The notes under the pieces are model-generated. The model searched no databases and was not told the origin of the DNA. It saw only the letters and a program-made list of their open reading frames with translations. Below are positions 1 to 13,241 of a DNA stretch of 64,000 nt, piece by piece; within the stretch, counting starts at the first letter, position 1, and each line of letters opens with the position of its first letter. The position numbers and the translations under genes were made by a program. Origin of the DNA: Eledone cirrhosa (taxonomy: Eukaryota); the NCBI GenBank assembly GCA_964016885.1, contig OZ024752.1, positions 8,246,001-8,310,000 of the forward strand, read 5' to 3'.

Positions 1-46
<46 letters not shown>

Positions 47-62
47 TATATATATATATAGA

Positions 63-458
63 TACCTAAGTACAAAGTGAAACCTACTACAGTCAGTAGG
101 CACCTCTAACAAAATACACCCCCGTCCCACTACCCCCACTCCATCCACACCACCCCTTTCAATGTAAAGTTATGTTGGTACTACAACATCCAGCCCGAAA
201 CAAATGAGGTCGTGTAGGTGTCACGACAAAAAAACACACAGTCCACGCTGTAATGTGGCCGTGTAGGTAACACTGTAAAAACCTCCCAGCCCTACACTGT
301 AAACGTGGTTGGTGTTAGGAAGGGCATCCAGCCGTAGAAGACCCGCCAGACAGTCCTATGCGAGCAAGACAACCACTCTTGCCTCAAGTGGGAAAACTCC
401 CGTCCAAACCCATGCAAGCGTGGAATATGGGCGTTAAACGATGATGATGATGATGATG
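63..458 (+). mobile_element. 5'-truncated RTE LINE copy (3' UTR and (GAT)n tail) between (TA)n/(CA)n tracts
   Basis: Closely matches 10008-10520, the 3' UTR of the near-full RTE, but without its internal duplication; ends in a (GAT)n tail. Confidence 0.9.
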
Positions 459-522
<64 letters not shown>

Positions 523-540
523 ACATATATATATATATAT

Positions 541-657
541 ATAGGAAAATGTTTGACCATGCAGGCAGAGCGCAAGCTGTTTTGACGGCTATTTCTGGAC
601 TAGAAATAGCCGTCGAAAAGGCTTGAGCTCTGCCGTCGCGGTCAAACATTTTCCTAT
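541..657. repeat. 117-bp fold-back hairpin within a (TA)n-flanked segment
   Basis: ATAGGAAAATGTTTGACC pairs with GGTCAAACATTTTCCTAT. Inner arms GGCAGAGC/GCTCTGCC and GACGGCTATTTCT/AGAAATAGCCGTC surround a 5-nt loop. Confidence 0.85.
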
Positions 658-732
658 TACCCACTCTACTACCCTAAGTATTGAGTACTCTGGAGCATTA
701 TGGTCCATCTGGTTCCTTACCACAATTCCTTC

Positions 733-780
<48 letters not shown>

Positions 781-831
781 CGTAGAAGATGACGATGATG
801 ATGATGATAGATATATTGTGACTATTGTCAG

Positions 832-3800
832 GTCAGGCTTCTACCTGCTACAAGTACCATTTCACCCAGTACAGGTAAACCACACTACACAGTAATCCCA
901 GGTAAATTACACTACACCCTAATCCCAGGTAAACCACACTACACCATAATCCCAGGTAAACCACACTACACCATAATCCCAGGTAAACCACACTACACCA
1001 TAATCCCAGGTAAACCACACTACACAGTAATCCCAGGTAAATCACACTACACCCTAATCCCAGGTAAACCACACTACACCATAATCCCAGGTAAACCACA
1101 CTACACCATAATCCCAGGTAAACCACACTACACCATAATCCCAGGTAAACCACACTACACCATAATCCCAGGTAAACCACACTACACCATAATCCCAGGT
1201 AAACCACACTACACAGTAATCCCAGATAAACCACACTACACAGTAATCCCAGGTAAATCACACTACACCCTAATCCCAGGTAAATCACACTACACCCTAA
1301 TCCCAGGTAAATCACACTACACCCTAATCCCAGGTAAACCACACTACACCATAATCCCAGGTAAACCACACTACACCATAATCCCAGGTAAACCACACTA
1401 CACCATAATCCCAGATAAACCACACTACACAGTAATCCCAGGTAAACCACACTACACCATAATCCCAGATAAACCACACTACACCATAATCCCAGGTAAA
1501 CCACACTACACAGTAATCCCAGGTAAACCACACTACACCATAATCCCAGGTAAACCACACTACACAGTAATCCCAGGTAAATCACACTACACCATAATCC
1601 CAGGTAAATCACACTACACCATAATCCCAGGTAAACCACACTACACAGTAATCCCAGGTAAACCACACTACACCATAATCCCAGGTAAACCACACTACAC
1701 AGTAATCCCAGGTAAATCACACTACACCATAATCCCAGGTAAACCACACTACACAGTAATCCCAGGTAAACCACACTACACAGTAATCCCAGGTAAACCA
1801 CACTACACAGTAATCCCAGGTAAACCACACTACACAGTAATCCCAGGTAAACCACACTACACAGTAATCCCAGGTAAATCACACTACACCATAATCCCAG
1901 GTAAATCACACTACACCATAATCCCAGGTAAACCACACTACACAGTAATCCCAGGTAAATCACACTACACCATAATCCCAGGTAAACCACACTACACAGT
2001 AATCCCAGGTAAACCACACTACACCATAATCCCAGGTAAACCACACTACACAGTAATCCCAGGTAAACCACACTACACCATAATTCCAGGTAAACCACAC
2101 TACACCATAATCCCAGGTAAACCACACTACACAGTAATCCCAGGTAAACCACACTACACCATAATCCCAGGTAAACCACACTACACAGTAATCCCAGGTA
2201 AACCACACTACACCATAATCCCAGGTAAACCACACTACAGAGTAATCCCAGGTAAATCACACTACACCATAATCCCAGGTAAACCACACTACACAGTAAT
2301 CCCAGGTAAACCACACTACACCATAATCCCAGGTAAACCACACTACACAGTAATCCCAGGTAAACCACACTACACAGTAATCCCAGGTAAATCACACTAC
2401 ACCATAATCCCAGGTAAACCACACTACACCATAATCCCAGGTAAACCACACTACACCATAATCCCAGATAAACCACACTACACAGTAATCCCAGGTAAAC
2501 CACACTACACCATAATCCCAGGTAAACCACACTACACAGTAATCCCAGGTAAATCACACTACACCATAATCCCAGGTAAACCACACTACACCATAATCCC
2601 AGGTAAACCACACTACACAGTAATCCCAGGTAAACCACACTACACCATAATCCCAGGTAAACCACACTACACAGTAATCCCAGGTAAATCACACTACACC
2701 ATAATCCCAGGTAAACCACACTACACCATAATCCCAGGTAAACCACACTACACAGTAATCCCAGGTAAACCACACTACACCATAATCCCAGGTAAACCAC
2801 ACTACACAGTAATCCCAGGTAAACCACACTACACCATAATCCCAGGTAAACCACACTACACAGTAATCCCAGGTAAATCACACTACACCATAATCCCAGG
2901 TAAACCACACTACACAGTAATCCCAGGTAAACCACACTACACCATAATCCCAGGTAAACCACACTACACAGTAATCCCAGGTAAATCACACTACACCATA
3001 ATCCCAGGTAAACCACACTACACCATAATCCCAGGTAAACCACACTACACCATAATCCCAGGTAAACCACACTACACAGTAATCCCAGGTAAACCACACT
3101 ACACCATAATCCGAGGTAAACCACACTACACCATAATCCCAGGTAAACCACACTACACAGTAATCCCAGGTAAACCACACTACACCATAATCCCAGGTAA
3201 ACCACACTACACCATAATCCCAGGTAAACCACACTACACAGTAATCCCAGGTAAATCACACTACACCATAATCCCAGGTAAACCACACTACACCATAATC
3301 CCAGGTAAACCACACTACACCATAATCCGAGGTAAACCACACTACACCATAATCCCAGGTAAACCACACTACACAGTAATCCCAGGTAAATCACACTACA
3401 CCATAATCCCAGGTAAACCACACTACACAGTAATCCCAGGTAAATCACACTACACCATAATCCCAGGTAAATCACACTACACCATAATCCCAGGTAAACC
3501 ACACTACACCATAATCCCAGGTAAACCACACTACACCATAATCCGAGGTAAACCACACTACACCATAATCCCAGGTAAACCACACTACACCATAATCCCA
3601 GGTAAACCACACTACACAGTAATCCCAGGTAAACCACACTTCACCATAATCCCAGGTAAACCACACTACACCATAATCCCAGGTAAACCACACTACACCA
3701 TAATCCCAGGTAAACCACACTACACCATAATCCCAGGTAAACCACACTACACCATAATCCCAGGTAAACCACACTACACAGTAATCCCAGGTAAACCACA

Positions 3801-5670
3801 CTACACAGTAATCCCAGGTAAACCACACTACACCATAATCCGAGGTAAACCACACTACACAGTAATCCCAGGTAAACCACACTACACCATAATCCCAGGT
3901 AAACCACACTACACAGTAATCCCAGGTAAACCACACTACACCATAATCCCAGGTAAACCACACTACACAGTAATCCTAGGTAAACCACACTACACAGTAA
4001 TCCCAGGTAAACCACACTACACCATAATCCCAGGTAAACCACACTACACCATAATCCCAGGTAAACCACACTACACCATAATCCCAGATAAACCACACTA
4101 CACCATAATCCCAGGTAAACCACACTACACCATAATCCCAGGTAAACCACACTACACCATAATCCCAGGTAAACCACACTACACAGTAATCCCAGGTAAA
4201 CCACACTACACCATAATCCCAGGTAAACCACACTACACCATAATCCCAGGTAAACCACACTACACCATAATCCCAGGTAAACCACACTACACCATAATCC
4301 CAGATAAACCACACTACACCATAATCCCAGGTAAACCACACTACACCATAATCCCAGGTAAACCACACTACACCATAATCCCAGGTAAACCACACTACAC
4401 AGTAATCCCAGGTAAACCACACTACACCATAATTCCAGGTAAACCACACTACACCATAATCCCAGGTAAATCACACTACACCATAATCCCAGGTAAACCA
4501 CACTACACCATAATCCCAGGTAAACCACACTACACCATAATCCCAGGTAAATCACACTACACCATAATCCCAGGTAAACCACACTACACCATAATCCCAG
4601 GTAAATCACACTACACCATAATCCCAGGTAAACCACACTACACCATAATCCCAGGTAAACCACACTACACAGTAATCCCAGGTAAACCACACTACACCAT
4701 AATCCCAGGTAAATCACACTACACCATAATCCCAGGTAAACCACACTACACCATAATCCCAGGTAAACCACACTACACCATAATCCCAGGTAAACCACAC
4801 TACACCATAATCCCAGGTAAACCACACTACACCATAATCCCAGGTAAATCACACTACACAGTAATCCCAGGTAAATCACACTACACCATAATCCCAGGTA
4901 AACCACACTACACCATAATCCCAGGTAAATCACACTACACAGTAATCCCAGGTAAACCACACTACACAGTAATCCCAGGTAAACCACACTACACCATAAT
5001 CCCAGGTAAACCACACTACACCATAATCCCAGGTAAACCACACTACACCATAATCCCAGGTAAACCACACTACACCATAATCCCAGGTAAGTCACACTAC
5101 ACAGTAATCCCAGGTAAACCACACTACACAGTAATCCCAGGTAAACCACACTACACAGTAATCCCAGGTAAACCACACTACACTATAATCCCAGGTAAGT
5201 CACACTACACCATAATCCCAGGTAAACCACACTACACCATAATCCCAGGTAAACCACACTACACCATAATCCCAGGTAAACCACACTACACCATAATCCC
5301 AGGTAAACCACACTACACCATAATCCCAGGTAAACCACACTACACCATAATCCCAGGTAAACCACACTACACCATAATCCCAGGTAAGTCACACTACACA
5401 GTAATCCCAGGTAAACCACACTACACAGTAATCCCAGGTAAACCACACTACACTATAATCCCAGGTAAACCACACTACACCATAATCACAGGTAAGTCAC
5501 GCCACACCATAATCACAGGTAAAACACCTTACACATTTAAATGTAGGTTATTTATTTAATTACTATTGATTTCTTTTCCAGACACCAGACCAACTTCTGT
5601 GAAGAGGCCAGACATAATCGATTCGACACGAGTCTGTATTGAAGCAGTTCAGAATGGCAGCAAGATTCCA
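832..5670 (+). other. Possible pair of host exons (832-874 and 5582-~5670) flanking the 27-bp array
   Basis: Acceptor ttgtcAG at 831, donor CAG|GTAAAC at 875, acceptor ttcttttccAG at 5581. The join reads in frame VRLLPATSTISPSTDTRPTSVKRPDIIDSTRVCIEAVQNGSKIP. No homology recognised and the second donor is uncertain. Confidence 0.2.
872..5523. repeat. 27-bp minisatellite array (about 170 copies)
   Basis: Unit CAGGTAAACCACACTACACCATAATCC with interspersed CAGTA/CCATA and AAAC/AAAT variants. Confidence 0.98.
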
Positions 5671-5702
5671 GCAAGTCAAGTAGACTTTAGACTGTATTAC
5701 CT

Positions 5703-5962
5703 TTTAGGTAGCTAATTGGCAGTCATTGGAGTCTGAGAGAGAATGGTTTGTGGTACATACCTCTGCCCCTTTAGGTAGCTAATTGGCAGAGTCGGAGTCT
5801 GAGAGAGAATGGTTTGTGGTACATACCTCTGCCCCTTTAGGTAGCTAATTGGCAGTCGTTGGAGTCTGAGAGAGAATGGTTTGTGGTACATACCATTGGC
5901 CTTTTAGGTAGCTAATTGGCAGAGTCGTTGGAGTCTGAAAGAGAATGGTTCGTGGTACATAC
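5703..5962. repeat. About 67-bp tandem repeat, 4 copies, followed by a degenerate SINE core
   Basis: TTAGGTAGCTAATTGGCAG recurs at 5704, 5771, 5837 and 5904. A SINE-like GATAAATAAAGTACC lies near 6030. Confidence 0.85.
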
Positions 5963-6299
5963 TCCTTTGCATTCTCAATTGAAATCCTGCCAAGGTCCAT
6001 TTTACTTTTCATCATTCAGAGTTTGATAAATAAAGTACCAATCACGGCTTGTAGACTGGCAGAATTATTAAAGCATTGGATAAATAAATAAAAAAACTAC
6101 TTCATCTCTATGTGGCCTCTGGTTGTAGACTATAACCTAGAGAGAGAGATTGACTATGTTAGGTTGACTTGTACATGTCTAGGTGAAGACGAAATCTTCT
6201 GTGGTGACCCCACAACCATTTAGGGTCTACATTAAAAACTTCGAGTACCTATTTAAACTCTTAACCTCTGCTCCATCCCATCTTCTACCCCCTACCCAT

Positions 6300-9200
6300 T
6301 CATCATGCTGGTCCCTGCCCCCCGCCCCTCCCTCTCTATACATATAAGACAAAACCCTACCAAAATTAATCAAAATCGCCAACTCGCTATTTCTGGGATG
6401 GCTGTTCCCTTCGGTTCCTTCGGTATAAAGTAACGTTCAAATTTTTCTCGATTCTTCTCTCCATTCGAACCCATTCATTCAATCACTTCTATGTCCTAAT
6501 TTCACACTATATCATATTTTCACCATTCTATATCATATCCTTTCTCTAAAAATCATATTTTCCCTATCACCGCATTTACTCTATCGTATTTTCTTAAACA
6601 AAACAAATCTTGTATTTTCGTTTATTGTTAAATTATGCCCAAAATACGGCGATCTTATCTTAAACCTTACATTCTCGCTAACAACCCATCATCCCTTCCT
6701 CCCACCCCCACGCACCACCATTATTACGTGGACCAATCATAAGTCAGAGGCCCATACTATCGCTTAACTGGTTGCTTTTCGATATGATGGATGGACTACG
6801 GAATTCTGGAGAGTTGAAGAGAGAAAAATGTGGACGCTCAGCGACAATGCCAAAGATAAAGCCAAATTCACCTCGTGGACGAGAATGCAAGCACTCCTCC
6901 TTGTTTCGGCCCAGGATGGCTAACATAACCCCCCCCCCCCGCGCCCCACCGCTCCCACCCTCCAAACGCAATCCAAAACTTCAGAGTTGGTACCATGAAT
7001 GTAGGCACCTTAAAGGGTCGCTCAAACGAGGTTGTAGAAATGCTTGAACGTAAGGAGGTCGATGTTTGTTGTATTCAAGAGACCAGGTGGAGGGGAGGGT
7101 CGGCTAGATTCATCGTGGGTAAAGAACGATGCTATAAGCTTTTCTGGGTGGGAAATGACAATGGGTTGGGTGGGGTAGGAATCATGGTAGCAGAAAAGTG
7201 GGCAGATAAGATAATAGACGTAAATAGAGTGAACGACAGAATAATTAAAATAAGACTTGTCCTCAATAAAACTACGGTGACAGTAATATCTGCGTACGCA
7301 CCCCAATCCGGACTGCCCGGCGCTATAAAAGACAGATTCTACGAGACACTGATGCTCGCTACCTCCCAAATAACCGACAGTGACTATTAGTTATTGCAGG
7401 CGACCTAAATGGTCACGTTGGACAACATTGTGACGGCTATGACGGAATCCATGGAGGCTATGGGTTCGGTACTAGAAATGAGGAAGGCTCCAGAATCCTG
7501 GAATTCTGCGACGCAAATAACTTAACTATCTGTAACACTAACTTCAAAAAACGAGACAATCACTTGATCACCTATAGATCGGGGGAACACACAAGCCAGG
7601 TAGATTATATCCTTACCAGAAGACGTGACAGAGTGTCTGTTGTTAACACTAAATCCCACCCCCATGAAGAATTCACCTCCCAACATAGACTGATAATTAG
7701 CGACCTCATAGTCAGGACGAGACGTACTAGACAGCGGAAGAGGACTATCCTCAGGAGAAAAATATGGAAGCTAAAGGACCCCATAGCCAGAAATAAATTT
7801 CAAAGCATATTACTTGATGCTTTCGACAGTAAGGAAGAGCAATTAGAGTCGTATAATATAGAGGAACAGTGGGAATTCCTGAGAGCAAACCTGCTGACGG
7901 CGGCAGACGAAGTCTGTGACTGGAGCAGGCCTGTAGGTAGGAGGAGAGTAACATGGTGGTGGAACAGTAAGGTGGAGGAGTCAATTAAGGCCAAAAAGCA
8001 GGCTTGGAAAGTATGGCGGGATGGGGGAAGTAGAGAAGACTATCAAGTGGCCAGGAGGGAAGCTAGGAGACAAGTGTACTTCGCAAGAAGGGAAGCAGAG
8101 GAAAGAAAGTTCAAGCATGTTCTACAACGTGAGGACCAAAAACGTGAGGTGTTCAGGATTGCCAGGCAATGTGTCAAGGAAAACCGTGATATTGTCGGGG
8201 AGAAGTGTGTACTTAACGATGATGGCATACTTGCCATCACCGACGCTGATAAGAAGGTAGCTTGGAAGTGTCACTACGAAAGGCTTCTAAATGAGGAGAA
8301 CAAATGGGAGAAAGACAGTCTCCCCCAGATCGATCCAATAGAGGGACCAGCAGTGTTAGTTGAAGGTAGTATAATAAGTAAGGCAATCAAAGATATGAAG
8401 ACGGGTAAGGCGGCTGGGCCTTCGGAAATAGTTGCTGAGATGCTGAAGGCATCTGGTTCGGTGGGACACACCATGGTCACCCGGATAGTTAACCAAGTCG
8501 TACAGAATGGGGTTGTTCCGAAGGAATGGCGTAGCAGCATCATCGTTAACTGCTATAAGGGAAAAGGAGATGCCCTAGATAGGAGTAACTATAGAGGCAT
8601 TAAATTAATCGACCAGGTCATGAAGGTCACGGAAAAAGTAATAGCGCAACTAATCAGAGAGAGAATTGATCTAGATGAAATGCAGTTCGGGTTTGTGTCA
8701 GGCAAAAGTACCACAGACGCTCTTTTCATTGTACGACAACTACAGGAGAAGTACCTAGCTAAAAGTAAACCCCTATACTTAGCTTTCGTCGACTTGGAGA
8801 AAGCCTTCGACAGAGTCCCCCGTTCCATTATCTGGTGGTCTCTTAGAAAACTAGGTGTTGACGAATGGCTTGTGAGAGCTATACAAGCCATGTATAAAGA
8901 AACAGTCAGTAAGGTTAGAATTAACAACGAATATAGTGAAGAGTTTAGCGTAAAAGTTGGTGTCCATCAGGGCTCTGTTCTTAGCCCCCTACTATTTATT
9001 ATTGCCCTTCAGGCTATAACAGAGGAGTTCAAGACCGGCTGCCCATGGGAACTCCTATACGCAGATGATCTAACGCTCATAGCTGAATCAATGACCGAAC
9101 TAGAGAAGAAATTCCAAACATGGAAGCACGGCCTAGAATCAAAAGGCCTTAAAATTAACCTGGCTAAGACAAAAGTTCTAGTTTGTAGGAAAGAAAATAT

Positions 9201-10520
9201 GGCGGCAGTCCCATCTGGGAAATGGCCATGCTCAGTGTGTAGGAAAGGCGTAGGTAGAAACTCCATTTTATGTCCCAAATGCAAAGTATGGGTGCATAAA
9301 AGATGTAGTGGGATCACAGGTAAGCTAACTAAGAACATAGATTTTATATGTGGCCGGTGCTCTGGTGCAATAAGTAGCAGCAAGTGCCCACAAAATACTA
9401 GCTCCTTCAACTGCGCAGAGGGTTCTATAGAAATAGTGGACAGCTTCCGTTATCTGGGTGACAAAATCAGCAGTGGGGGAGGGTGCTCTGAAAGTACAGT
9501 AGCTAGAGTCAGAACTGGATGGAAAAAGTTCAGAGAGCTTATACCACTATTAGCCGCTAGAGGGTTCTCCCTAAAAATGAAAGGCAGGTTATACGATGCC
9601 TGCATACGAACAGCAATGCTGCATGGCAGTGAGACCTGGGCATTGTGTGCAGAGGATATACGCAGACTAGAGAGGAACGAAGCTTGCATGCTCCGCTGGA
9701 TGTGCAATAGTAATATACGTGAACGGCAAAGCATAAACGAACTAAGGAAAAAATTAGAAATAAGAGGGATCAGATGTTGTTTACTCGAGAGAAGGCTACG
9801 TTGGTACGGTCACGTGATGCGCATGAAAGACGACAGCTGTATAACAAAGTGCAGGGCAATAAAGATAGACGGTAGCCACGGAGTAGGCAGACCCAGAAAA
9901 ACATGGGACGAGCTGATAAATTCCGACCTCACACGCTTACACCTCTCCAAGACAATGTCACTGGACCGAGACCTTTGGCGGTACTCAGTAATAGAGAAGA
10001 CCCGCCTTACCTAAATACAAAGTAAAAACCTACTACAGTCAGTAGGCATCTCTAACAAAACACACCCCCGTCCCACCACCTCCACCCCACCCACACCGCC
10101 CCTTTCAATGTAAAGTTATGTTGGTCCCACAACATCCAGGCCGAAACAAATGAGATCGTGTAGGTGTCACGACAAAAAACACACAGTCCACGCTGTAAAT
10201 GTGGCCGTGTAGGCAACACTGTAAAAACCTCCCAGCCCCACACTGTAAATGTGGTTGGTGTTAGGAAGGGCATCCAGCTGTAGAAAACCCGCCAGACAGT
10301 CCACGCTGTAATGTGGCCGTGTAGGCAACACGGTAAAAACCTCCCAGCCCCACACTGTAAATGTGGTTGGTGTTAGGAAGGGCATCCAACTGTAGAAAAC
10401 CCGCCAGACAGTCCTATGCGAGCAAGACAACCACTCTTGCCTCAAGTGGGAAAACCCCCGTCCAAACCCATGCAAGCGTGGAACACGGACGCTAAACCTG
10501 ATGATGATGATGATGATGAT
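6300..10520 (+). mobile_element. Near full-length RTE-clade non-LTR retrotransposon (5' boundary uncertain)
   Basis: APE endonuclease plus RT coding region, 3' UTR with an ~110-bp internal duplication, and (GAT)n tail ending at 10520. No TSD found. Confidence 0.92.
6995..10014 (+). pseudogene. RTE ORF (AP-like endonuclease, reverse transcriptase, PHD-like finger) with a single 1-bp frameshift at ~7387
   Basis: EN motifs MNVGTL, CIQETRW, SAYAPQ, AGDLNGHVG and QVDYIL. RT motifs FVDLEKAFDRV, QGSVLSPLLF, LLYADD and FRYLG. C-terminal RLRWYGHV and GRPRKTW. Restoring one T in GACTATTAGTT joins ORF 6995-7390 to the open frame 7387-10014. Confidence 0.93.
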
Positions 10521-11191
10521 TAAACCAAGTACATAAAACTTGCAGTCTGATAAATGTGTCCGAACACGGAAGAACCAAACTCCCACTGTCATCACCCCCA
10601 TCTCTCTCGCCCTCCCCATATCTCTGTGTAGTGAGCAAATGGGGTCCCACGTGTTGGCCGCCCCACGGCCCTGGCGGACATAATAGAGGTGTTTCCCTGG
10701 AGGATGGTAAGGGAGATGCGCTGGAAGAGCATAGCTCACACCTGCGGCTAGTTATTTAGGGTTATGGGAAGGTTTTAATATAACTAGTATTTATTTTATT
10801 AACTCTATAGGTTTTCTTAAACGGTTTAGCAATCAATTTTACATCCATATTCCAAGCAATTATTAATTCTTGGCCAGAATTAATAATTAAGATAATGATA
10901 ATGATTCTTTCTCCTCACTCTATTTAGTACATGAGCACTGACATTGTTATTTAGACTTTAGTTTGACATTAGATGCCAGAGATAGAGTTATAGCAGAGTT
11001 ATACAGACAAGATAACTGAACCAAGATTTTGATACAGCTCAATGACATGACTAGGTTATCTGCCACTTGGTATTCTACATAAGATAACACATGAGGAACA
11101 TTAATCTTCACATATATTCATATAGACATACTTACACACATACATACATATATATATACATACATACATACATACACATATATATACATAC

Positions 11192-11248
<57 letters not shown>

Positions 11249-11547
11249 CGAGGGTAATCCCAAAAGTAAGGTCTCCAAAGCGATGGGGACGCAGAGAAAC
11301 TATTCGTACAGCTGTTGGCAACACTGTTGTGATCGGTGCTTCCTTCACTCCCAAACAAGCATGTGCGCGCTTCGCTGGGGTGCTCAATCTTGGCTTGGCA
11401 GCCGAGGAAAACATGCGTAAAGATTGGCGGATCACTCTGGATGCTCTCAGCATTTTGGTTCCTGAGGTTTCCCGAAGCACCATCCACAGGATTTTAACGG
11501 AAAAGTTGCAATATCGGAAGGAGACCTTACTTTTGGGATTGCCCTCG
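11249..11547 (+). mobile_element. Internally deleted mariner element (MITE) inserted in (TA)n
   Basis: 28-bp TIRs CGAGGGTAATCCCAAAAGTAAGGTCTCC with 1 mismatch, TA on both sides. The internal remnant ENMRKDWRITLDALSILVPEVSRSTIHRILTEKLQYRK resembles the mariner transposase HTH. Confidence 0.9.
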
Positions 11548-11628
<81 letters not shown>

Positions 11629-11631
<3 letters not shown>

Positions 11632-11742
11632 TTCCTGTATGAGCAAGGCATGGTCAGCCGACCAGACACTGCCCACAACAGGACAACCCGTCTAACCCAT
11701 GCTAGCGTGGAAGAACGGACGTAAAACGGTGATGATGATGAT
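11629..11742 (+). mobile_element. Very short RTE/SINE 3' tail fragment in (TA)n
   Basis: CCGTCTAACCCATGCTAGCGTGGAAGAACGGACGTAAAAC followed by (GAT)n, matching the RTE 3' end at 43175-43227. Confidence 0.8.
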
Positions 11743-12094
11743 ATATATATATATATGTACACATATATGTTTATCTTCAGGCAGATAAACATATAAAAAA
11801 CATATATACACACATACCTATACACATACATGTTTATCTAGAAAGATATATACATATATACATATATGGGATAAACATGAGCTCTGTAATCCACAGAGAA
11901 GGTGGCCCATCTAGGAGAACAGTTACTCTGAAGATGAAGAGTTAAAACCTTACAGGCCAGACAAGGACTCTGTAATCCACAGGGAAGGCAACCTGTTTGG
12001 GACAGCAGTTACTCTGAAAAAGTAAAACTGTTACAATGGAGAGAAGACTCTGAAGTTCTGGCTGACATCTTCTCTAGTTATGATGGCACAATAA

Positions 12095-12590
12095 AATACA
12101 TCTACACAGTAAAGTGGTAGTGTTGGTGCCATGATAAAATACACCCAGTACACTCTGTAAAGTGGTAGTGTTGGTGCCATGATAAAATACACCCTGTACA
12201 CTCTGTAAAGTGGCAGTGTTGATGCCATGATAAAATACACCGTCTACACAGTAAAGTGGTAGTGTTGGTGTCATGATAAAATACATCTACACAGTAAAGA
12301 GGTAGTGTTGGTGTCATGATAAAATACACCCAGTACACTCTGTAAAGTGGTAGTGTTGGTGCCATGATAAAATACATCCTGTTCACTCTGTAAAGTAGCA
12401 GTGTTGGTGCCATGATAAAATACACCCAGTACACTCTGTAAAGTGGTAGTGTTGGTGCCATGATAAAATGCATCCTGTTCACTCTGTAAAGTAGCAGTGT
12501 TGGTGCCATGATAAAATACACCCAGTACACTCTGTAAAGTGGTAGTGTTGATGCCATGATAAAATACACCCTGTACATCCTGTAAAGTGG
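12095..12590. repeat. 48/40-bp minisatellite derived from an RTE/SINE 3'-UTR motif
   Basis: Unit CTGTAAAGTGGTAGTGTTGGTGCCATGATAAAATACACCCAGTACACT resembles SINE segment 48331-48385. Confidence 0.85.
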
Positions 12591-12798
12591 TCTGTCTAAA
12601 TACCATGACTAGCACAATATACAACATTAATAATTATTGAATATATAAGGTTAACACTAACCATGTTTGTGCTGTACACTGTAGTTGGAGGATGGGGTGG
12701 CTAGCCTCACCAACAGTCAGATCCCCTTGGTTGTCATCAAGTGATTGCACATTTTCAGTTACAGAGACATATTACCAAAAGAAGACCCAACCAGCAAG

Positions 12799-12946
12799 GG
12801 GGCCTTCCAGAAGTTGCTGGAGTGCTACAACAAGTACATTGAAGTTGGAGGATCCTACTTTAAGGGAGACTAGAGTTTTGTGTTGATCTGAGATAAATAT
12901 ATGTCACTCTGGTAAAAATCTCAAAACCTTTTGAGTGTATCTCATA
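12799..12946 (+). mobile_element. Mariner transposase C-terminal remnant and degenerate 3' end
   Basis: Translates GAFQKLLECYNKYIEVGGSYFKGD* (stop 12871-12873), like the mariner C-terminus (RWxKCIxxxGxYFE). Confidence 0.7.
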
Positions 12947-12978
12947 TACACATATTAATATTTGGAATGAAGTAAGAG

Positions 12979-13241
12979 CAGAGATGTAATTAGGGAAGAT
13001 AGCGCCTACGGCAAGCAGTGAAATTGTGCCCCTACCCAGCACTGTATTTTTACCTATGGGTTTAATAATTTATATAAATGGTTTAATGATCCAGCCACCA
13101 TAGTGTTCTCACCCATGATAATCAGAGACAGATCATACATCTGAAGGAGTTTCTTTTATCACTCTCTGAGTCCAAGTGGCGCCCCCTTCATGTGGTGCCC
13201 ATGACACGTGCCATGCTTGCCATTCCCTAGTTACGTCTCTG
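12979..13241. mobile_element. hAT-type MITE
   Basis: TIRs CAGAGATGTAATTAGGGAA / TTCCCTAGTTACGTCTCTG (17/19 match). 8-bp TSD AGTAAGAG / AGTAGGAG. Confidence 0.8.

Noticed and set aside
848-5446. Long VVYLGLWCS / WFTWDYGVV ORFs
   Set aside because: Translation of the 27-bp minisatellite.
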